Part shown: positions 27,821 to 32,000 of the stretch, piece after piece | Layout: each line of letters starts with the position of its first letter | How positions within the stretch are numbered: position 1 is the first letter of the stretch | Source of the DNA: an uncultured Candidatus Saccharibacteria bacterium | GTDB lineage: Bacteria > Patescibacteriota > UBA1384 > XYA2-FULL-43-10 > 1-14-0-10-43-13 | Direction: 5' to 3' | Assembly: GCA_964543385.1 (NCBI GenBank) | Contig: CAZIYE010000001.1 | Coordinates: 270,001-302,000, forward strand | Length of the DNA stretch: 32,000 bases | Translations under genes and position numbers: made by a program | Notes under the pieces: generated by a model | Told to the model about the DNA's origin: nothing | The model's input: the letters and a program-made list of their open reading frames with translations, nothing else | Databases searched by the model: none

Positions 27821-28933
27821 TTACTTTAATAAATTCAATATTTCTTTTTTGATAGCAGAAGCAGCAAATGGACGAGCCAACTTTTTAATATTTTTACGAA
27901 TTGTATTTAAATCAATTATCTTATTAAATGCAAGACCAACGAATGTATTTAGTTCAGAGAGACTTGCAGCCATAATCGCAGCATTGTTTTCTATCAAAAA
28001 TCGTGAATTTGCTTCCTCTTGACCTGGTGTCGGCTCAAATATGACAAGTGGAGTACCAATTGCAAGTGATTCCGAAACTGTCAATCCGCCTGCCTTGGAA
28101 ATAATAATGTCTGAAGCGGCCATCAATTCTGATACTTGATCAGTAAAGCCGAATACCTTTATGTTTTTATTTGATTTACCAGCAACCCTCTCTAAACTGT
28201 TTTTAAGACGGTTATTATGGCCCGCCATAACTAGGATTTGAAAATCTTCCTTTAATCCACAGATCATTTTCAAAATTTCTTTTGATTTGCCAACCCCGAA
28301 ACCACCATTCATGATCAGTATAGTAAAACGATCATCTATTCCGAATTGAGAACGAAGTCTTGGTCTAAAAGACTTCTTACTAAACTTTTTGCCAACAGGT
28401 ATTCCTGTTACGCAGATCTTGCCATCTGCACCCAAAGATTTAATCTGTGAAGAAACCTTGTCAGATGGCACTGTGTAAACATCAATCCTTTTATCAATCA
28501 AAAGAGGATGACCATCATAATCAGTCATTGAAAAAAGAAGTTTGAAATTATTATTAAGGCTATCCCTCCAATGTGAAATAAGACCAGAAACGATAAAATG
28601 AGTGCTTACAACAACATCAGGCTGGAAATCTTCCACCAGTTTCTTAAACTTCGTTGCGTTGACAGAATCGAAGAAAACCCTCAGTTTTATTCCAGGAGAA
28701 ATAGTGTGTTTATAAAAGAAAGCATAAAGAGTTGGCAAACTATCTACCATGCGAAGATAGCCCTTTTGGTAAATCCCTTTAGAAACAAAAGAGCAATAAT
28801 CAGAAAGATCTATAGTTTTTACCTCAATATATTTCTCGGAAAATTGCTCAGCAATAGCAGCGGCAGCCTTTGCGTGTCCCATCCCGATTTTAAAAGATAC
28901 TATCAGAACACGCTTTTTCTTCGCTAAAATCAT
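27821..28933 (-). CDS. GT28-family glycosyltransferase (MGDG synthase/UgtP-like diacylglycerol glycosyltransferase)
   Basis: N-terminal GMGHAKAA, then GGFGVG and [31 protein letters not shown]. Confidence 0.78.
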   Translation of the reverse strand: MILAKKKRVLIVSFKIGMGHAKAAAAIAEQFSEKYIEVKTIDLSDYCSFVSKGIYQKGYLRMVDSLPTLYAFFYKHTISPGIKLRVFFDSVNATKFKKLVEDFQPDVVVSTHFIVSGLISHWRDSLNNNFKLLFSMTDYDGHPLLIDKRIDVYTVPSDKVSSQIKSLGADGKICVTGIPVGKKFSKKSFRPRLRSQFGIDDRFTILIMNGGFGVGKSKEILKMICGLKEDFQILVMAGHNNRLKNSLERVAGKSNKNIKVFGFTDQVSELMAASDIIISKAGGLTVSESLAIGTPLVIFEPTPGQEEANSRFLIENNAAIMAASLSELNTFVGLAFNKIIDLNTIRKNIKKLARPFAASAIKKEILNLLK

Positions 28934-29508
28934 TTGATAACTTTATCAATAATACCGTATTTTAGCGCCTCATCAGCACGCATGTAAAAGTCTCTGTCTG
29001 TATCCTTGGAAACTTTTTCCAGAGGTTGGCTGGTATTTTTAGCTAGAATTTTATTCATCTCATCTCGAACCTTTAAAATTTCCTCGGCTTGAATTTTGAT
29101 ATCAGAAGCCTGTCCCTGTGTTCCGCCCATTGGTTGATGGATCAATATACGGGAATTTGGCAAAGAAAATCTCTTGCCCTTCTCACCGCCGGCAAGCAAA
29201 AATGCTGCCATAGAAGCTGCCATGCCGACACAAATTGTCGACACATTAGACTTAATATATTTCATAGTGTCATAGATTGCCATCCCAGAATACACTGACC
29301 CACCAGGAGAATTTATGTACATCTGAATATCTTTTTTATTATCCTCTGCCTCTAGAAACAAAAGTTGTGCAATCACAAGATTTGCTACATCGTCGTCTAT
29401 GGAACCACCCAAAAATACTATTCTGTCCTTTAAAAGCCTAGAATAAATATCGTAGGCGCGCTCGCCCTGCATAGTCTTTTCTATCACTGTTGGAATTAAA
29501 TAACTCAT
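28930..29508 (-). CDS. clpP: ATP-dependent Clp protease proteolytic subunit
   Basis: [28 protein letters not shown] and MAASMAA (catalytic Ser). Ends on TGA within the ATGA overlap. Confidence 0.96.
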   Translation of the reverse strand: MSYLIPTVIEKTMQGERAYDIYSRLLKDRIVFLGGSIDDDVANLVIAQLLFLEAEDNKKDIQMYINSPGGSVYSGMAIYDTMKYIKSNVSTICVGMAASMAAFLLAGGEKGKRFSLPNSRILIHQPMGGTQGQASDIKIQAEEILKVRDEMNKILAKNTSQPLEKVSKDTDRDFYMRADEALKYGIIDKVIK

Positions 29509-29613
29509 ATGCTCCTTGTTACCATAACTAATTGATCATTTATATATCTATTATAACACTAGCTTCAAGTTATCGACGATTCTCGCTTCACCATCCCGTG
29601 TTATTCAAGAAAA

Positions 29614-29647
29614 GAAAATTAGCTGACTACTTAGCCAGCTAATTTTC
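29614..29647 (-). terminator. terminator after tig
   Basis: GAAAATTAGCTG / CAGCTAATTTTC 12-bp stem, with a T-rich tail on the minus strand. Confidence 0.7.
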
Positions 29648-29677
29648 TTATACAATAATTTGTCTATGAAGTCAAAG

Positions 29678-30877
29678 CTATTTGACCATTGTATCAACTA
29701 AATGACTGATCGCTTTTTTAGCAGACTCTGGATTATCTCTATCAAGTTTTAGTTCGTCAACAATCTTACCGAGCATCAGCCCTATCTTGATATTTTTCTC
29801 AGCAGTCGGTCTCATTTCTTTCTGAAGTTCCTCTGCAGTTTTCTTAACACTACTTAGATAGGTCTCAAAATTCATTCCCATTCCCTTGAGCTGTTCCTGA
29901 TAACCAGTGAAAATCCTATTGACTTCCTGATTAACCATTTCATCAGCAATGTCTGCCTTAACAAGTGGAAGCATTTTATCTAGAACTTTATTTTCCAGAT
30001 CATCTTGGTATTTCTTATCAAGCTCGAGAGATAAATTCTTTTTGATAGCCTCTATTAGTTCATCAGCATTCTTTTGGCCAAAATCAGCAGCAAATGTATC
30101 ATCAATAGGTGGTAATTTTACTTCCTTTAGATTGATAATATCAACTGAAAATTCAGCCTCTTTGCCAGCGTACTCCTTAGCATGATAATCTTTTGGAAAC
30201 TTTATTTTAAATGTCTTTTTCTCACCCTTTTTCATTCCAACTATTTGCTCCTCAAAGCCAGGGATAAGGGATTTTTCACCGAGTATCAAGGGATGATTTT
30301 TTGAACACATGGAATCAATCTTGACTCCCTTTAGACTTCCTTCAAAGGACACTTCTACCCAATCACCGTCTTTGGCCTCACGATCTATTTCGACGAAAGA
30401 AGCTTTTTGTTTTTGAAGATTATCTAATATCTTCTTTATGTCTTCCTCTTTTACCTCTTCTTTTTTTGGTTTTTCGATTTTGATTTTTGAATAATCAGCA
30501 AGAGTTACTTCGGGAAAAACCATAATCTCCATCTCAAACTCAAGTGGATTAGCTATTTCTTCCTCTGTTTCGCCATAATTTGGATACTTATTGATTTTTA
30601 TAGAAGGAGAAGACATCGAGCTCAAATTATTTTCTTTGAGCGCCTTAAGATAACCTTCACTTATCGCCTGATCCAATCCTTCACCTAAAATCCGAGATAC
30701 ACCAATAGTGCTTTCAATAAGTTTTCTAGGAGCTTTGCCAGGACGAAATCCAGGAAGTTTTGCTGTAGGTGCGACATGTTCATAAGCATGGTTAAAATGC
30801 TTAATCATTTCCTTTGGCTCGAGAGTTATAACAAGCTTTACTTTGCTCTGTTTCAATCTTTCAACTTTTATTTCCAT
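29678..30877 (-). CDS. tig: trigger factor
   Basis: MEIKVERL... start, GFRPGKAP ribosome-binding signature and an FKBP-like middle. The ORF is open to 30931, but the Met at 30877 fits the family N-terminus. Confidence 0.92.
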   Translation of the reverse strand: MEIKVERLKQSKVKLVITLEPKEMIKHFNHAYEHVAPTAKLPGFRPGKAPRKLIESTIGVSRILGEGLDQAISEGYLKALKENNLSSMSSPSIKINKYPNYGETEEEIANPLEFEMEIMVFPEVTLADYSKIKIEKPKKEEVKEEDIKKILDNLQKQKASFVEIDREAKDGDWVEVSFEGSLKGVKIDSMCSKNHPLILGEKSLIPGFEEQIVGMKKGEKKTFKIKFPKDYHAKEYAGKEAEFSVDIINLKEVKLPPIDDTFAADFGQKNADELIEAIKKNLSLELDKKYQDDLENKVLDKMLPLVKADIADEMVNQEVNRIFTGYQEQLKGMGMNFETYLSSVKKTAEELQKEMRPTAEKNIKIGLMLGKIVDELKLDRDNPESAKKAISHLVDTMVK

Positions 30878-31011
30878 AAAACCTTTCAACTTATTATTCC
30901 GGAATCTTGTCTTAACCCAAGCCAAGACCAATAATCAGGAATCTATTTGATATATTTAATATTAGATAAATCTAGGGTGACACTTTATTATCGAAGTAAC
31001 CATAACATATT

Positions 31012-31070
31012 GTTTTCACCTTTTAAAGGTGAAAACAACTGTTGCCGCCTCCGAGGTGGGAGCGGCAACA
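31012..31070 (-). terminator. tandem hairpins after ORF 31085..31354
   Basis: TGTTGCCGC...GCGGCAACA (31040-31070) is followed on minus by GTTGTTTT. A second hairpin GTTTTCACC/GGTGAAAAC lies at 31012-31036. Confidence 0.55.
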
Positions 31071-31084
31071 GGTACAAGTGGCAA

Positions 31085-31354
31085 CTATTTTTCCTCCTTG
31101 AGAGGACATTTAGATTTGCCACAAGGATAGACTAATAGCCCATCCTGTTCAGACTCTTCGATGGACTGCTGAAAATCATGTTCCGCGCTGGAATCATCAG
31201 TCAACAGACCATGCCCATCACAGGGACATTGACGGCATTGCTGCTTACGTCGTCGATCTACTCTCACCGCTAGCCTCCTGACACCCAAGCGCAGTTGAAT
31301 TGCGTTGATAGTGCTGAAAACACAGTACAACAAAAGCACTAGATTGTCCATCAA
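31085..31354 (-). CDS. hypothetical protein, 89 aa, GC-rich orphan (N-terminal hydrophobic segment, CRQCPC and CGKSKC motifs)
   Basis: ORF in a segment where line 31201-31260 counts 31/60 G+C. No clear SD. Coding status is less certain than for the other orphans. Confidence 0.45.
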   Translation of the reverse strand: MMDNLVLLLYCVFSTINAIQLRLGVRRLAVRVDRRRKQQCRQCPCDGHGLLTDDSSAEHDFQQSIEESEQDGLLVYPCGKSKCPLKEEK

Positions 31355-31382
31355 TTAAAAGAAAAAGCCAACTAAATATTAA

Positions 31383-32000
31383 TTAGAACGAAATCGTAAT
31401 ATTGTAGTAGTAAAACAAAAACACGATAATAACAACTACTGCAAGTATAATTGATACAACCCATGGCCAAGTTTTACCCTTTGGCTTTTCTTCCTCGCCC
31501 GCAAAGGAAACTTGCTGATCAGTCTCGGCTACAGCAAGCTTAGACGGATCCGATTGAGGCAAAGACGAAACATTTATATTTCCATTATTTGGCAAGCTAA
31601 ATGGCGCACTATTATTCATAGAAGCATCAATTTCTTCAATATTCGGTGGTATAGGAGCACTAGCTTGATCGAAGGAAGGGGACTGCGACACTGCTGAAGC
31701 GGCGACTGAGGCAGCATTTTTGCTCAAATCAACGAGCTCTTTATTATCGATCAGGGGAGTCCCTTGCTCAACGTTTACCGGCGTTGGATTACTAGAAATC
31801 ATAGGAGCAGGTGGCTGAACTTCACTAGCAACAGGGGCAACTTGATCCGCTGTTCCAGGGACCTGGCTTTCCGGCATAAATTCATTGAGTCCGCCAACGA
31901 CTTGCTGAGTATTCGGCAAGACTTCTGGAATAGGAGGCTCGACGATCTGATTTGGCAAATTAGTTTGAGGATTCTGTGGATTTTGAGTATTTTGATCCAT
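31383..32000 (-). CDS. Pro/Gln/Asn-rich tail-anchored hypothetical protein (at least 205 aa)
   Basis: Low-complexity N-terminal region and a C-terminal TM segment WPWVVSIILAVVVIIVFLFYYY. The ATG occupies the last 3 bases of the window, so the true start may lie beyond it. Confidence 0.65.
   Translation of the reverse strand: MDQNTQNPQNPQTNLPNQIVEPPIPEVLPNTQQVVGGLNEFMPESQVPGTADQVAPVASEVQPPAPMISSNPTPVNVEQGTPLIDNKELVDLSKNAASVAASAVSQSPSFDQASAPIPPNIEEIDASMNNSAPFSLPNNGNINVSSLPQSDPSKLAVAETDQQVSFAGEEEKPKGKTWPWVVSIILAVVVIIVFLFYYYNITISF

Overview
This is an AT-rich bacterial chromosome segment. Sampled 60-nt lines of ordinary genes count about 35% G+C. It is almost entirely minus-strand transcribed. 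It looks like a reduced-genome Patescibacteria/CPR-type organism, but that is an inference from composition, a short (~1.45 kb) 16S, a minor-pilin cluster, many signal-anchored orphan proteins and unlinked rRNA genes; it is not a database result.

Recognisable genes (all minus strand unless marked): mutM, a HAD hydrolase, padR (+), an HD hydrolase, 5S, 23S, a HAD-like gene (+), uppS, three type IV pilin-like genes, a CPA2 antiporter, an MFS transporter, 16S, a NIF3-like gene, a GT28 glycosyltransferase, clpP and tig.

Main observations:
1. The rRNA operon is dismantled. 16S, tRNA-Ile(GAU), tRNA-Ala(UGC), 23S and 5S keep the canonical order on one strand. About 14.5 kb of protein genes are intercalated between 16S and 23S. 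Each RNA has its own promoter-like box; 16S and 23S each have a processing stem, and 16S and tRNA-Ala each have a terminator.
2. Several sharply GC-richer gene cassettes (52-60% G+C in sampled lines) carry small orphan, often Cys-pair-containing ORFs. Each has a GGAG-type SD, and most are followed by a GC-rich hairpin. They lie at 29-1870, 17.8-18.4 kb, 31.0-31.4 kb and 13.76-14.2 kb.
3. Two genes appear to need a non-canonical ATA start 5 nt after GGAGG. One is a prepilin whose G|FTLIE motif lies upstream of any ATG/GTG/TTG.
4. A 78-nt repeat ends like the tRNA-Ala 3' end and occurs behind two small membrane-protein genes next to tRNA-Ala.
5. A 15-aa Cys/Gly micro-ORF with its own SD and terminator follows padR.
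6. A CYTH gene is decayed.

I found no CRISPR array, transposase, integrase or reverse transcriptase. Functions of the orphan ORFs cannot be assigned from sequence alone.
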